From contig CAWDZD010000051.1 in NCBI GenBank assembly GCA_963806465.1, positions 32,810-96,809 on the forward strand: a DNA stretch of 64,000 bases, in the 5' to 3' direction. Both the position numbers and the translations under genes were made by a program. Of the stretch, positions 17,186 to 29,843 are shown one piece after another. A model generated the notes under the pieces. It worked only from the letters and a program-made list of their open reading frames with translations, did not search any database and was not told the origin of the DNA. Each line of letters begins with the position of its first letter. The first letter of the stretch is position 1. This DNA is from an uncultured Alphaproteobacteria bacterium. Its GTDB lineage: Bacteria; Pseudomonadota; Alphaproteobacteria; Rhizobiales; Xanthobacteraceae.

Positions 17186-18676
17186 TCAAAGAGCCACGCC
17201 GCGCGCCGCCGACGTGCCGGCAATCTTACCGAATACCGCGCCGGACATAAGCCCGGTGCCGCCCGGATAATTGAAATAAAATAGACCGCCGACCAGTTCA
17301 CCTGCGGCATAAAGGCCGTGGATCGGCTGATAATCGGTATTGAGCACTTGCGCGTCGTTATTGATGCGCAAACCGCCGAACGTGAAGGTGATGCCGCAGG
17401 TCACGGCGTAACCTTCGAACGGCGGCGTGTCGATCGTGTTTGCCCAGTTGCTTTTTGTCACGGCGAGGCCTTGGGTGCAGCGCCCGTCCTTGGCGTTCGG
17501 ATCGAAAGGAATGTCGGTCCGGACGGCCGCGTTCCATTCTTTGATGGTGTCGAGGAACGCGGGCGCATTCACGCCGTCGAGTTTTTCCGCAAAATCCTCG
17601 ATCGTGTTCGCCGTCACCTTGGTGATCTGGCGGATTTTGTATTCGTCGCGCAGCAGGTTTTTCACTTTCTGATCGAAAATCTGCCAGGCGAATTGGCCGG
17701 GCTGCTCCAGCACCGCGCGGCCATATTTGGCATAAGTGTAGTTTCGGAAATCCGCACCCTCGTCGACAAAGCGCTTGCCTGCGGCATTGATGAGAATGCC
17801 GAACGGGTAGGAATGCTTCTGGAACTGGTCGCCGACCGCAAGGTCGCCGAACTCCGGCGCATTCATCTCCCATTGCACCGCGTGGCAGCCGGACCAATTG
17901 CCATATGGACTTGCGCCGATATCGAGCGCCATACGAATGCCGTCGCCGGTATTGAAGCGCGAGCCGCGGACCTTGGCGAGGTCCCAGCCCGGCCCGAGAT
18001 AGCGCGTGCGCCATTCCGCATTGGCTTCGAAGCCGCCGCAGGCGAGCACCACGGAGCGCGCGCGCAGTTCGCGTGTGCTGCCGTGCTCGCGCACCCGCAC
18101 GCCCTCAACCTGGGCGCCGTCATAGAGTAGATCGAGCGCACGGGTTCGGTAGCGGACGCTGACCCCGCGTTTTTGCGCGGCATCGGTGAGCATGGCGACA
18201 AGGCCTGGCCCGCCGCCGACCGCTTCCACCGTCAGCCCGCCCCAGAACTTGAACTTGCCGTCGATCTTGAATGCCTGCCGGCCATAAATTGGAATCAGCC
18301 GTAAGCCTTTTTCACGCATCCAGTTCAGCGTCGCGAAACTGCGCGTCACCAGAAGCTCGATCAGATCGGCATCGGCGCGATGCTGCGTGACCCGCGCCAT
18401 GTCGTCGAAGAATTGCGCCGCCGTGTAGGCGCCAAAATCGGTGCTGGAGAGCTCGGCCGGACTCAGGTCCGGCACCAGCGTGTTGATGTCGTCGACACCG
18501 TCATAAACGACGCGGATCGAGCCGGCGGTAAAGCGGCTGTTGCCGCCAAACTCTTCTTGCGGCGCGGCCTCGAGCATCAGCACCGTGGCGCCCCGCTCCT
18601 GCGCGGCCAGCGCCGCGCAAAGCGCCGCATTGCCGGCGCCGACAACGATCACGTCCGCATCGTCATGCAGTGCCAA
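17186..18676 (-). CDS. FAD-dependent dehydrogenase, TcuA (tricarballylate dehydrogenase)-like / fumarate reductase flavoprotein-like
   Basis: DVIVVGAGNAALCAALAAQERGATVLMLEAAP..GGNS and the C-terminal TPPFEGYAVTCGITFTFGGLRIN...LYAAGE both fit. Confidence 0.85.
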   Translation of the reverse strand: MALHDDADVIVVGAGNAALCAALAAQERGATVLMLEAAPQEEFGGNSRFTAGSIRVVYDGVDDINTLVPDLSPAELSSTDFGAYTAAQFFDDMARVTQHRADADLIELLVTRSFATLNWMREKGLRLIPIYGRQAFKIDGKFKFWGGLTVEAVGGGPGLVAMLTDAAQKRGVSVRYRTRALDLLYDGAQVEGVRVREHGSTRELRARSVVLACGGFEANAEWRTRYLGPGWDLAKVRGSRFNTGDGIRMALDIGASPYGNWSGCHAVQWEMNAPEFGDLAVGDQFQKHSYPFGILINAAGKRFVDEGADFRNYTYAKYGRAVLEQPGQFAWQIFDQKVKNLLRDEYKIRQITKVTANTIEDFAEKLDGVNAPAFLDTIKEWNAAVRTDIPFDPNAKDGRCTQGLAVTKSNWANTIDTPPFEGYAVTCGITFTFGGLRINNDAQVLNTDYQPIHGLYAAGELVGGLFYFNYPGGTGLMSGAVFGKIAGTSAARGVAL

Positions 18677-18679
18677 CGA

Positions 18680-19369
18680 TCACTCCGCCGCTTGCGCAGC
18701 GCCGCCATGGGCCTTCGACCAGCCGACCGGATCTTTCATGAAGGCCTCGGCTTCCTGCAGCCGGCCCGTGTCGAACCGCCCGCTTTTCTTCGCCGCGTCG
18801 AGCACGTCCCACCAGGTGGCGAGCGCATGCAAGGTGACACCGAGATCGCTCAAGATTTTTCGCCCCTCCGGAAAAATGTCGTAGAAAAAAATTACAAAAC
18901 AATGTTCGATGGTGGCGCCGGCCTCGCGCAGAGCGGTGCAGAAATTGACCTTGCTGCGGCCGTCGGTGGTCATGTCCTCGACCAACAGGACGCGGTCGCC
19001 GGCTTCGATGTGGCCCTCGATCTGGGCGTTGCGACCGAAACCTTTCGGCTTCTTTCGTACATATTGCATCGGCAGCATCAGCCGGTCCGCCATCCAGGCG
19101 GCAAATGGAATGCCGGCGGTCTCGCCGCCGGCCACCGAATCGAATTGCTCGAACCCGACGTTGCGCTCGATCGTTTCGGCGCCGAAGTCGATCAGCGTCC
19201 GCCGCACGCGCGGAAACGAGATCAGCCGCCGGCAGTCGGTATAGACCGGGCTCGCCCAGCCGGACGTGAAAATAAACGGCTTGTCGGTCATGAAGCGAAC
19301 CGCCTCGACCTCGATCAGCATCTTTGCCGTCAGCTCGGCGATCACCTTCTTGTCGGCGAACCCGGTCAT
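18680..19369 (-). CDS. pyrE: Orotate phosphoribosyltransferase
   Basis: Start trimmed to ATG 19369 with an [30 protein letters not shown] and the PRPP loop [13 protein letters not shown] are present. Sits immediately downstream of pyrC. Confidence 0.9.
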   Translation of the reverse strand: MTGFADKKVIAELTAKMLIEVEAVRFMTDKPFIFTSGWASPVYTDCRRLISFPRVRRTLIDFGAETIERNVGFEQFDSVAGGETAGIPFAAWMADRLMLPMQYVRKKPKGFGRNAQIEGHIEAGDRVLLVEDMTTDGRSKVNFCTALREAGATIEHCFVIFFYDIFPEGRKILSDLGVTLHALATWWDVLDAAKKSGRFDTGRLQEAEAFMKDPVGWSKAHGGAAQAAE

Positions 19370-19385
19370 TGTTCGTTTCCTTCTC

Positions 19386-20432
19386 CTAGCTCGCCACCAC
19401 CTGCCACTCGATGGTCTCGCCGCCGCGATAGAGCAATGTGCGTTCGTCCGGTCCAGCGACCTTGACCTCGACCGGTGCCGTCCACGGCGCTTTCTCCAGC
19501 GCGATTTTATCCTCATTCGGGGGCAGGCGGTAATGGCTGGGTCCGTTGAGCGAGGCAAAGGCTTCGAGCTTGTCGAGCGCGCCGTCCTCTTCAAACACCT
19601 TGGCATAGGTGGCGAGCGCCACCGGCGCGTTGAAGATGCCGGGAACCCCGCTGATCGCGACCTTGCGCGCGAACGGATGCGGGGCGGAATCGGTGCCGAG
19701 GAAATAGCAGGCGTCACCCGACGTGGCGGCCTTGCGCAACGCGGCCCGATCGTTGGCCGTCTTGATCACCGGCATGGCATACATCATCGGCTTGATGCCG
19801 GCGCCGAGCCAGTCGGTCCGCGTCAGATTGAGGTGATAGGGCGTGATGGTACCGCCGACTTGCGGCGCCGCGCTCTTCACGAAGTCGGCGCCCTGCTTCG
19901 ACGACAAATGCTCCATGGTCATGCGAAGCCCGGGGAATTCCTTCACCCACTTCGATAGCCGCCGATCGATGAACACCGCCTCGCGGTCGAAAATGTCGAT
20001 GTCGGGACCGACCTCCTCGCCGTGCATGAGAAACGGCATGCCGATCTTTTCCATGCGCGTCAGTACGCGCGTGACGTTGCGGTAATCGGTCACGCCGGCC
20101 GCCGAGTTGGTGGTGGCGTTGGCCGGATAAAGCTTGACGCCGGTGAACACGCCGTCGCGAAAGCCGCGCTCGACGTCATCGGGGTCGGTCTCGTCGGTGA
20201 GATAGCAGGTCATCAGCGGCGTGAAATGCGAGCCTTTCGGCAGCGCCGCCGTGACGCGCGCGCGATAGGCGATGGCTTCCTGCGTGGTGCGGATCGGCGG
20301 CACTAGGTTCGGCATCAGGATGGCACGGCCGAAATGCTGCGCCGTGTACGGCAGCACCGCCTTGAGCATTTCGCCGTCGCGTACGTGAAGATGCCAGTCG
20401 TCGGGCTTGCGGATGGTGATGCGGGTGGTCAT
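19386..20432 (-). CDS. pyrC: Dihydroorotase, homodimeric (class II) type
   Basis: [20 protein letters not shown]...ILMPNL...FLMHGE...LGTDSAPH signature series. Confidence 0.93.
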   Translation of the reverse strand: MTTRITIRKPDDWHLHVRDGEMLKAVLPYTAQHFGRAILMPNLVPPIRTTQEAIAYRARVTAALPKGSHFTPLMTCYLTDETDPDDVERGFRDGVFTGVKLYPANATTNSAAGVTDYRNVTRVLTRMEKIGMPFLMHGEEVGPDIDIFDREAVFIDRRLSKWVKEFPGLRMTMEHLSSKQGADFVKSAAPQVGGTITPYHLNLTRTDWLGAGIKPMMYAMPVIKTANDRAALRKAATSGDACYFLGTDSAPHPFARKVAISGVPGIFNAPVALATYAKVFEEDGALDKLEAFASLNGPSHYRLPPNEDKIALEKAPWTAPVEVKVAGPDERTLLYRGGETIEWQVVAS

Positions 20433-20445
20433 CGCCTTTCAGTAA

Positions 20446-20652
20446 TCACCGAACGAGCCGCCCGGCAATGCCGACCACGACGGCGGCGAGCGCGGTTTGC
20501 GATTCCCTGCGCAGGGCGCCGACAACCAGCGGCGTGCCGATATTGACCAAAAATTGTATGCCACGGCGCACGTGCCCGGCATTGATCTCCATCCGGCCGG
20601 CGCCCATCTCGCGCAGCTTCAACAGCATTGTCGCGCGTTTTTCCTCGGCCAT
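20446..20652 (-). CDS. Possible small hypothetical protein (68 aa)
   Basis: Internal ATG of ORF 20446..20700 (MAEEKRATMLLKLREMGAGRMEINAGH...). No family recognised. Weak. Confidence 0.3.
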   Translation of the reverse strand: MAEEKRATMLLKLREMGAGRMEINAGHVRRGIQFLVNIGTPLVVGALRRESQTALAAVVVGIAGRLVR

Positions 20653-20866
20653 GGCGCGAGAATACCAGAAAGCTGGTGGCGTCTGCGTCGCACGCCGCAA
20701 TCAGCACCGCATGATGGGCGTTTCCCAGTCCACCCATACTTGTCCGTTAACCGCCTCGGCCTGCGCCGTTTTTAGGCAGTGACTGAGAGCACGCCGCGGT
20801 GCTAGATTTAGGTTTTAAGAAAGACGGCAGCATCATTGCGCCGCAGCGCGCACTGTGGGGGAAACC

Positions 20867-21922
20867 ATGACTGCGCAACCGAAACCGGGCGAGCTTGAAC
20901 ATAGCGAGCCGATTGTAGGGCAGAAGACGATCAATTTGGCGCTCCAGGGCGGCGGCAGCCACGGCGCCTTCAGCTGGGGTGTGCTCGATCGCCTGCTGGA
21001 AGACGAGCGCATCGGCTTCGACGGCGTCACCGCGACCAGCGCCGGCGGCGTCAATGCTGTCGTGCTCGCCGACGGCTTGGCGCTCAACGGCCGCGAGGGC
21101 GCGCGCGAACGGCTGCAGGCTTTCTGGAAGAAGATGTCCGAGGTGGCGTCCTCGAGCTTCATCGCGCCGTCTTTCCTGGATCAGATGAACCCGAATTTCG
21201 GCCTCGATCAGACGCCGAACTACGTTTTTATCGACACTTTGAGCCGCATTCTGTCGCCCTATCAGCTCAATCCATTCGACATGAATCCGCTGCGCGATCT
21301 GCTCAACGCCGAGGTTAATTTCGAGCGGGTGCGCAAGCAAAAAGTGATCAAGCTTTTTCTGTCGGCGACCAACATCCGCACCGGCAAGGTGAAGGTGTTC
21401 GCCCGCGAAGAGCTCGGCGCCGACCACGTACTGGCCTCCGCCTGCCTGCCGTTCATGATGCGCGCACCGGAGATCGACGGCGACGCCTATTGGGACGGCG
21501 GCTTCATGGGCAATCCGGCGATCTTTCCGGTGATTTACGGCTGCAAGGCGCCGGACGTCATCATGGTGCATCTGACGCCGACCGAACGGCCGGAGCTGCC
21601 GACCAATTCCCGCGCCATCATCAACCGCATGCAGGAAATCAGCTTCAACTCATCGCTGATGCGCGAGATGCGGGCCATCGCGTTCGTCACCCAGCTGATC
21701 GATGAGGGCAAGATGGCCGGCGGCAAGCGCATGTTCATGCACCTGATCGAAGCCGAGGACGTGATCCGCGAATTGGCCGGATCGAGCAAGATGAACGGGA
21801 CCTGGAAATTCCTGACTTACCTGTTCGAGCTCGGCCGTGAACGCTGCGACAAATGGCTCGCAGAAAATTACGACTCGATCGGCGTCAAGGGCACTGTCGA
21901 CCTGCAGGCGCGATATCTTTGA
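20867..21922 (+). CDS. Patatin-like phospholipase
   Basis: LALQGGGSHGAF (oxyanion GGG), GVTATSAGG (GxSxG) and YWDGGFMGNPA (catalytic Asp). ATG 20867 follows GGGGGAAACC. Confidence 0.9.
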   Translation: MTAQPKPGELEHSEPIVGQKTINLALQGGGSHGAFSWGVLDRLLEDERIGFDGVTATSAGGVNAVVLADGLALNGREGARERLQAFWKKMSEVASSSFIAPSFLDQMNPNFGLDQTPNYVFIDTLSRILSPYQLNPFDMNPLRDLLNAEVNFERVRKQKVIKLFLSATNIRTGKVKVFAREELGADHVLASACLPFMMRAPEIDGDAYWDGGFMGNPAIFPVIYGCKAPDVIMVHLTPTERPELPTNSRAIINRMQEISFNSSLMREMRAIAFVTQLIDEGKMAGGKRMFMHLIEAEDVIRELAGSSKMNGTWKFLTYLFELGRERCDKWLAENYDSIGVKGTVDLQARYL

Positions 21923-21955
21923 TCGCCGTCGAAGTAGCTGAACCGGCCACTATTT

Positions 21956-21986
21956 GCCCTGAACCAAAATCCGGGGCAGATTTTTT
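21956..21986 (+). terminator. Candidate rho-independent terminator after the patatin gene
   Basis: gccctg-N10-cggggc stem with one G-U pair, followed by agatttttt. Confidence 0.4.
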
Positions 21987-22207
21987 CGCGATCAGGCACT
22001 AAAGCCCCAAACCTTTGAGCAGCGTCTCGATCTGTCGCTCCATGTACTTGCGGTCGTGCACCACAGGCACCATGCTGTAAAATCCCTGCAGGTAGGTGAC
22101 GACGTTTTGGCGGAGAGACTGAACATTCCAAGCATTCCACACGCGAGCTTGGCCGCCGATTCGTGAGCTGGCGCGCCTCTCACGTCTAAGGCGGCAGCAA
22201 CGGCGCC

Positions 22208-24394
22208 TTAAGCCTGGTGGCGGCGCTTAAACTCCGCCCGCCGCGCGTGCAGGATCGGCTCGGTGTAGCCGTTCGGCTGGGCTGCGCCCTTGAACACCAG
22301 ATCACACGCCGCGGCGAAGGCGACCGACTTTTCGAAATCGGGCGCCATCGGCAGATAAGCCGGATCGCCGGCATTCTGCTTGTCGACCACCGCCGCCATG
22401 CGTTTGAGCGTCTCCAGAACCTGGCGCTCCGAGGTGATGCCATGCCGCAGCCAATTGGCGATGTGCTGGCTCGAGATGCGCAAGGTGGCGCGATCTTCCA
22501 TCAGCGCGACATTGTTGATGTCGGGGACTTTCGAGCAACCGACGCCCTGGTCGATCCAGCGCACTACATAGCCGAGAATGCCCTGGGCGTTGTTGTCAAG
22601 CTCCTGCTGCACCTCCTCCGGCGACCAGTTGATGCCTCGGGCGACCGGGATGGTCAGAATATCGTCGAGGCTGGCGCGGGCGCGCGACGCCAATTGCTGC
22701 TGCCGCTTGGCGACGTCGACCTTATGATAATGCGTGGCGTGCAGCGTGGCGGCAGTGGGTGACGGCACCCAGGCGGTGTTGGCGCCGGCTTGCGGCTGCG
22801 CGATTTTCTGCTCGAGCATCGCCGCCATCATGTCGGGCATCGCCCACATGCCCTTGCCGATCTGGGCGTGCCCAGGCAGGCCGCAGGCGAGACCGACGTC
22901 GACGTTCCAGTCTTCGTAGGCCTTGAGCCATGGCTGATTGCGCATCGCGCCTTTGCGGATCATCGGCCCGGCTTCCATGGCGGTGTGAATCTCGTCGCCG
23001 GTGCGGTCGAGAAAGCCGGTGTTGATGAAGAACACCCGCGATTTGATGGCGCGGATGCATTCCATCAGATTGACCGTCGTGCGCCGCTCCTCGTCCATCA
23101 GGCCGATCTTGATGGTGTTGCGCGGTAGCGCCAGCATGTCCTCGACGGCTGCGAGCAGATCGTTGGCGAACGCGACTTCCTCCGGCCCGTGCATCTTCGG
23201 CTTGACGATGTAGATCGAACCGGCGCGGCTATTGCGGACAGCGCTTTTGCCCTTGAGATCGTGCAGCGCGATCAGGCTCGTGATCGCCGCGTCGAGCACG
23301 CCTTCTGGCGCGGGCTCGCCGTCGCCGTCCAGCACGCCTTGGTCCATCATTAGGTGACCGACGTTGCGGATCAGCATCAGGCTGCGGCCTGGCAATGTCA
23401 GTGAACCACCGTCGGGCGCGGTATAGCTTCGATCCGCGTTGAGCCGGCGGGTGAGCGGCTTGCCGTCTTTCTGGAAGGTGTCGACCAACGTTCCCCGGCA
23501 AAGGCCGAGCCAATGGCGATAGGCCGCGACCTTATCGGCCGGATCGACGGCGGCGATCGAATCCTCAAGATCCATGATCGTCGTCACCGCGGCTTCGAGA
23601 ATGACGTCGGCGACGCCGGCGGCGTCGTCGCGGCCGATCGGATGCCCGCGATCGATGGCAATTTCGATGTGCAGGCCGTTATTGACCAGAAGGATCGCCG
23701 CCGGCGCACCCGGATCACCGCGATAACCGCGCAACTGCCGAGGCTCCTTCAGTGCGACGGTGCTGCCGTCTCGGAGAGTGGCGGCAAGCGCCGCCTTGCT
23801 GATCGCGTAGCCGCGGACGTCGGCATGGGAGCCGGAGGCGAGCGGCACCGCCTCATCGAGGAAACGCCGCGCCCAGGCAATCACCCGTTTGCCGCGTTCC
23901 GGATCGTAACCCTTGCGCTGCGCACCGGCGGCGTCTCGTGGAATGGCGTCCGAGCCATAAAGCGCGTCATAGAGCGAGCCCCATCGCGCGTTGGCGGCAT
24001 TGAGCGCGTAGCGCGCGTTGCTGACCGGCACGACCAGCTGCGGCCCGGCGATGGCGGCGATCTCTTCGTCGACTTTAGCGGTATCGACCTTAAACGGCGG
24101 CCCTTCCGGCACGAGGTAGCCGATCTCCGCGAGAAACGCCTTTTGCGCGGCTTGGTCAAAAGGTTGTCCGCGCCGGCCGCGATACCAGTCGTCGATCTTG
24201 GTTTGCAGCGCATCGCGTTTCTGTAACAGCGCGCGGTTGCGCGGCGCGAAATCACGGACGGTGCGATCGAGCCCCCGCCAAAACGCCGAGGCTTCGATGC
24301 CGGTTCCGGGAATGACCTCATCGACGACGAAGTCGTGCAGAATTTTTGCGACCTTGAGACCTTCAACCGCGACGCGCTCGATTTCGGACATCAA
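22208..24394 (-). CDS. glcB: Malate synthase G
   Basis: 728 aa with a full-length malate synthase G pattern: N-terminal [23 protein letters not shown], then [13 protein letters not shown] and [10 protein letters not shown]. Confidence 0.95.
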   Translation of the reverse strand: MMSEIERVAVEGLKVAKILHDFVVDEVIPGTGIEASAFWRGLDRTVRDFAPRNRALLQKRDALQTKIDDWYRGRRGQPFDQAAQKAFLAEIGYLVPEGPPFKVDTAKVDEEIAAIAGPQLVVPVSNARYALNAANARWGSLYDALYGSDAIPRDAAGAQRKGYDPERGKRVIAWARRFLDEAVPLASGSHADVRGYAISKAALAATLRDGSTVALKEPRQLRGYRGDPGAPAAILLVNNGLHIEIAIDRGHPIGRDDAAGVADVILEAAVTTIMDLEDSIAAVDPADKVAAYRHWLGLCRGTLVDTFQKDGKPLTRRLNADRSYTAPDGGSLTLPGRSLMLIRNVGHLMMDQGVLDGDGEPAPEGVLDAAITSLIALHDLKGKSAVRNSRAGSIYIVKPKMHGPEEVAFANDLLAAVEDMLALPRNTIKIGLMDEERRTTVNLMECIRAIKSRVFFINTGFLDRTGDEIHTAMEAGPMIRKGAMRNQPWLKAYEDWNVDVGLACGLPGHAQIGKGMWAMPDMMAAMLEQKIAQPQAGANTAWVPSPTAATLHATHYHKVDVAKRQQQLASRARASLDDILTIPVARGINWSPEEVQQELDNNAQGILGYVVRWIDQGVGCSKVPDINNVALMEDRATLRISSQHIANWLRHGITSERQVLETLKRMAAVVDKQNAGDPAYLPMAPDFEKSVAFAAACDLVFKGAAQPNGYTEPILHARRAEFKRRHQA

Positions 24395-24652
24395 GCCTCT
24401 TCCAATGTTGCCCTGCGATCGAGAGTATCAACGCACAGATGGAAAAGTTGTGCCCGAAAGGAAGCCGCCAGTCCATGGGACGAAGGGAGGGGCTCGCGCG
24501 GGCGCCAATGTGCGCTTGGCACCGCGAGACAGCCGGCGTTTTCACTTCCGCCGGAACACGATATGCTGGGCGCAAATAACTCTCACGCTCGCCTGCCGAA
24601 ACCAGTACGGCCGGAACTGAAATATTTCGATCACACAATCTGATAACCGCGT

Positions 24653-25306
24653 ATGCAGAACGCGATCCCTCTCCGACGGGTATTGATCGCCGTCGCCGCC
24701 ATCGCGGCCTTCGGTGTCCAGATCGCCTCGGCGGCGGCGCAAGCCGAGCGCGACGCGCAATCGACGGCGCAGGAGGCCATTCGTCGCCTCGACCTGCAGA
24801 CCGAGGTCACCCGCGAGCCGGAGCCGTTCCGCATCAGGCTGCCGCCCGAACTGCTGTGGGTAATCATCGCGGTCGCCCTCGGCGCGGTGCTCTATTCCTT
24901 CCGTGACATGATCCCGCTGCTGCGAGGCAGGGGAGGCAAGTCCTGGGCCGAGAGCGAGGAGATCGGCGCCGATATGGCGCACCGGGACCCGACCGTAGTT
25001 TTGGCGGCAGCCGATGAGCTAGCGCGCGAAGGTCGCTACGCGGAGGCGATGCACGTTCTCCTGCTCCGGGGCCTGGCGGACATCCGTGCGCGTTTCGACG
25101 AACCCTTCGCCAACTCGCTGACCAGCCGTGAAATCCTGCGCAGCACGCGTCTGCCGGAGCGGGCTCGCAATTCGCTGCGCGACGTGGTCGGCCGCGTCGA
25201 ATGGACTTATTTCGGCGAGTATCCGGCTGGACAAGAGGACTATGCGGCCTGCCGTGTAAGCTTCAACGCGCTCGAACAAGCGCTGCACGGGAGCGCCGCC
25301 GCATGA
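24653..25306 (+). CDS. DUF4129-like membrane protein (first gene of the MoxR module)
   Basis: Signal/TM segments, then a C-terminal ADELAREGRYAEAMHVLLLRGL...LTSREIL...VEWTYFGEYP pattern. Confidence 0.7.
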   Translation: MQNAIPLRRVLIAVAAIAAFGVQIASAAAQAERDAQSTAQEAIRRLDLQTEVTREPEPFRIRLPPELLWVIIAVALGAVLYSFRDMIPLLRGRGGKSWAESEEIGADMAHRDPTVVLAAADELAREGRYAEAMHVLLLRGLADIRARFDEPFANSLTSREILRSTRLPERARNSLRDVVGRVEWTYFGEYPAGQEDYAACRVSFNALEQALHGSAAA

Positions 25307-26518
25307 GCGACCAACCGATCTTCCCGCTCCGGGTTCTAATCGGCTGGATCAGCGCCGCGGTGGCGTTGTTCGCCGTTACCCTTTATTTCATGGCCAGCGG
25401 CGACAGCAGCGGTGGTGGCGACCGCGTCGGGCCGAGTACTTTTTCGCGCTCCGCCGTCGGCTATGCCGGCATCGCCGAGGTGCTCCAGCGGCAAGGCGTT
25501 GCCGTCGTCAAGAGCCAGTACGATTCGCTTGCCAAGGCGTCGCCCGGCAGCGTCATCGTGATCGCTGAACCGCGAACCAACGCGGCATCCAAATCGACCA
25601 TCCGCAGCCTTCTCGCATCCAATGCAACGATCCTGCTCGTACTGCCGAAATGGACCGGCAGACCAAGCGAAGATCACCCGGGCTGGCTCGGTTCGCTTGC
25701 CGAGGGTCAGATCGGGGATGCGAAGTGGATGCTGCGGTTGATCGCGCCCAAGGCCGAAGTGACGCGCGAGCGCAACAAAGTGCTTTGGACGACCAATACG
25801 CTGCGCATCGCGCCGAGCATCGATCAGCCGATCCAGCTCATCCACGGGCAGCCGTTGCGCCCGATCATCGCCGCTGCCGAGGGCATGCTGATCGGCGAAA
25901 TTGTCCGCGGCAATCGACGCCTCTGGGTGCTATCCGACCCCGACATCATCGCCAATCAGGGATTTGGGCGCAACCCCAATGCCGCCCTCGTGGTCGCCGC
26001 AATCAAGCAGCTGCGCGGAGCCAACGGCAGCGTCATCTTTGACGAGACCGTCCACGGCTTCGTGGCGCGGCCGGCGAGCCCGTTCCTGCTGTTGTTCCGC
26101 TTCCCGTTCGTGGTGGCGACCATCCAGGGCCTGGTCGCTGTGGCGATATTGCTGTGGGCGACGCTTGGCCGTTTCGGCGCGCCGCAATCGCTGCCGCCGC
26201 CGTTAAGCGCCGGACGTGGTGGCCTGTTGCAAAACATGGCAAGCCTGATCGAATTCACCGGTCATCAAGAGACGGTCATTCGCCGTTATGTGTTGGAAAC
26301 GGTTCGCGACGTCGGGCGGCAGCTGCACGCGCCGCGCGGCATTTCCGGAAACGCGCTGGTGGCGTGGCTGCAGCGGGTCGGCTCAGCACGCGGAATCGAG
26401 ACTGACTGCGGCGCGGTGATCCGCCAGATCGAAGACGTCCCCGAGGGACGGCGCCGGAATCTATCGACCCTGGTGCGGCTCGCGCGTCAGATTCATCAAT
26501 GGAAGGGGGAAATCATCG

Positions 26519-27471
<953 letters not shown>

Positions 27472-27475
<4 letters not shown>

Positions 27476-28785
27476 TCAGGCCGACCCCGCGCGCAGTGCT
27501 GCTGTTCGTCGGCGGAGTTCCGCTGACATTGATCGCCGTCATCTACAACCCGAACCTGTGGCCGCTCTCGGTCAGCTATGGCATTCTGGTTGTCCTGATT
27601 GCTGCATCCGACCTCGGGCTGGCGCTCGCGCCGCGCCTCCTTGAAATCGACATTTCGACGCCTGACAAGCTCTATATCGGTGAGCGCGGCGCCGTCACCG
27701 TCGAACTCGCTGCGCCGCGCTATCGGCGCTCGGCGGGTTTCGAGCTGATCGCCGAACAGCGCGGCGAAGTCGAGCGTTCCGACATCGTTTCGGCGCGGCT
27801 TGCCGCCGGCGAAAAAGCTCGGATCGCGCTGCCGGTCGTGCCGCGGCGCCGCGGTCGCGTGCAGGTCGAGCGCGTCTGGATTCGCTGGCGAGGTCCGCTC
27901 GGACTGGTCGAATTCATCCGCAGGATCCCGGTCGACCGCACAATCGACGTGCTGCCCAATGTGCGGGGCGTGCACGGCTCGGCGCTGCAATTTTACATGC
28001 AGGAGGCGATGTACGGGATCAAAACCCAGCTGCAGCAGGGCGAAGGCGCGGAGTTCGATGCGTTGCGCGAATATGTGGTCGGTCTCGACAGCCGATTTAT
28101 CGACTGGAAGCATTCGGCCCGGCACCGCAAGCTGTTGTGCAAGGAGTTCAGGACCGAACGCAATCATCAGGTGATGATGGCGTTTGATACCGGCTATCTG
28201 ATGCTCGAACCGGTCGACGGCATCACCCGGCTCGACCATGCCATCAATTCCGGACTGGTGCTCGCCTGGGTGTCGCTTCAGGGCGGCGACCTGGTCGGCA
28301 CTTTCGGGTTCGATGCGCAAGTCCGGCAATATGTCGGTCCGGGCCGCGGTATATCGAGCCTGGCGCGGATCGAACGCGCGACCGCGGAGCTCACCTACAA
28401 TCACCAGGAGACCAATTTCACTCTCGGCCTGGCCGAACTCAGCACCCGGCTCAAGCGCCGTGCACTGGTCATCCTGTTCACCGACTTCGTCGATACCGTT
28501 ACCGCCGAGCTGTTGATCGAAAGCATGCAGCGCGTCGCCAACCGCCATCTTGTGGTGTTCGTCACCCAGCGCGGTTCGGTGCTGCAAAATGCCGTCGACG
28601 CCGCGCCGAACCGGTTCGTCGACGTCGCGCAGGCCGTCATCGCCCAAGATTTCCTGCGCGAACGCAGCATCGTGTTCGAGCGACTGGAGCGGCTCGGCGT
28701 TCACTGTATCGACGTGCCGAGCCGCAGCCTGCCGATCGCGCTGATCAATCGTTATCTCATGATCAAACAGCGCGGGTTGATATGA
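27472..28785 (+). CDS. DUF58-domain (vWA-like) protein
   Basis: [36 protein letters not shown]. Overlaps the MoxR stop by 4 nt. Confidence 0.88.
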
Positions 28786-29843
28786 TGGCGATGATCGATG
28801 CCGTGGATGAGCGGCTGTCTTCCGCGTTGCCAGCCGCGGCGCCGCCGATTGTCCTCAAAAGCAGCGAATTTCGCAAAGGCCGCGAGGAAGGCTGGCGCGA
28901 GCTGGAAACGCTGGTGCTGCGGTTCGAGCGCCGCGGGGTGCGCGGGCTCTCGCTCGACGAATTGCAGCGGCTGCCGATGCTTTATCGCGCGGCGCTGTCG
29001 TCGCTGTCGGTCGCGCGCACCATCGCGCTCGACCGCAACCTCCTGCTCTACCTCGAGAACCTGGCGCTGCGCGCCTTCCTGGTGGTCTATGGGCCGCGCA
29101 TCAGCCCGCTCGAGGGGCTGCGCGATTTCTTTCGCCGCGACCTGCCGGCGGCGGTGCGCTCGGCGCGTTGGCTCGCCGCGCTCGCCGCGCTTGCTCTGCT
29201 GATCGGCATCGCCGCCGGCTTCATGCTGGTGTTGCAGGACGAAGGCTGGCTCTCGTCGATCATTCCCTCAAGCCTCGCCGGTGGCCGCGGGCCATCGAGC
29301 ACGCGCGCCGATCTGCTCACTCACGAGCTGTTCCAGCCTTGGCCGGGAGCCGCCGCAACATTCGGCTATTTCGCCAACGTGTTGTTCAACCACAACACGC
29401 TGGTCGGTATTTTCAGCTTCGGTCTCGGCCTGGCCGCCGGGGTCCCGACGGCGCTGCTGTTGATCTACAACGGACTGGTACTGGGCGCATTGTTGGCGCT
29501 GCATTACAATCGCGATCTGACCGTCGATTTCCTCGGTTGGGTCTCCATCCACGGCACCACCGAGCTTGGCGCCTTCATTCTGTTCGGCGCCGGAGGCCTG
29601 GTGATCGCCGAGAAAATGCTGTTCCCAGGCCCGTACACGCGCATCGAAAATCTGGCGCTGCACGGCCGCCAGGCGGCACAGCTGGCGGTCGGCGCCGTGC
29701 TCATGCTGTTCGTCGCTGCAATCCTGGAAGGCGGCTTCCGTCAGCTGGTGCAAAGCACGCCGCTACGCCTGACGATCGGGATCGTGGTCGGCTTGCTCTG
29801 GCTCGGTTATTTTTCCCTCTCCGGTCGCGAGGCCAAACCATGA
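28782..29843 (+). CDS. SpoIIM-like (DUF95) integral membrane protein
   Basis: Multi-pass hydrophobic profile with an IHGTTELGAFIL motif. 4-nt overlap with the upstream gene. Confidence 0.7.
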   Translation: MMAMIDAVDERLSSALPAAAPPIVLKSSEFRKGREEGWRELETLVLRFERRGVRGLSLDELQRLPMLYRAALSSLSVARTIALDRNLLLYLENLALRAFLVVYGPRISPLEGLRDFFRRDLPAAVRSARWLAALAALALLIGIAAGFMLVLQDEGWLSSIIPSSLAGGRGPSSTRADLLTHELFQPWPGAAATFGYFANVLFNHNTLVGIFSFGLGLAAGVPTALLLIYNGLVLGALLALHYNRDLTVDFLGWVSIHGTTELGAFILFGAGGLVIAEKMLFPGPYTRIENLALHGRQAAQLAVGAVLMLFVAAILEGGFRQLVQSTPLRLTIGIVVGLLWLGYFSLSGREAKP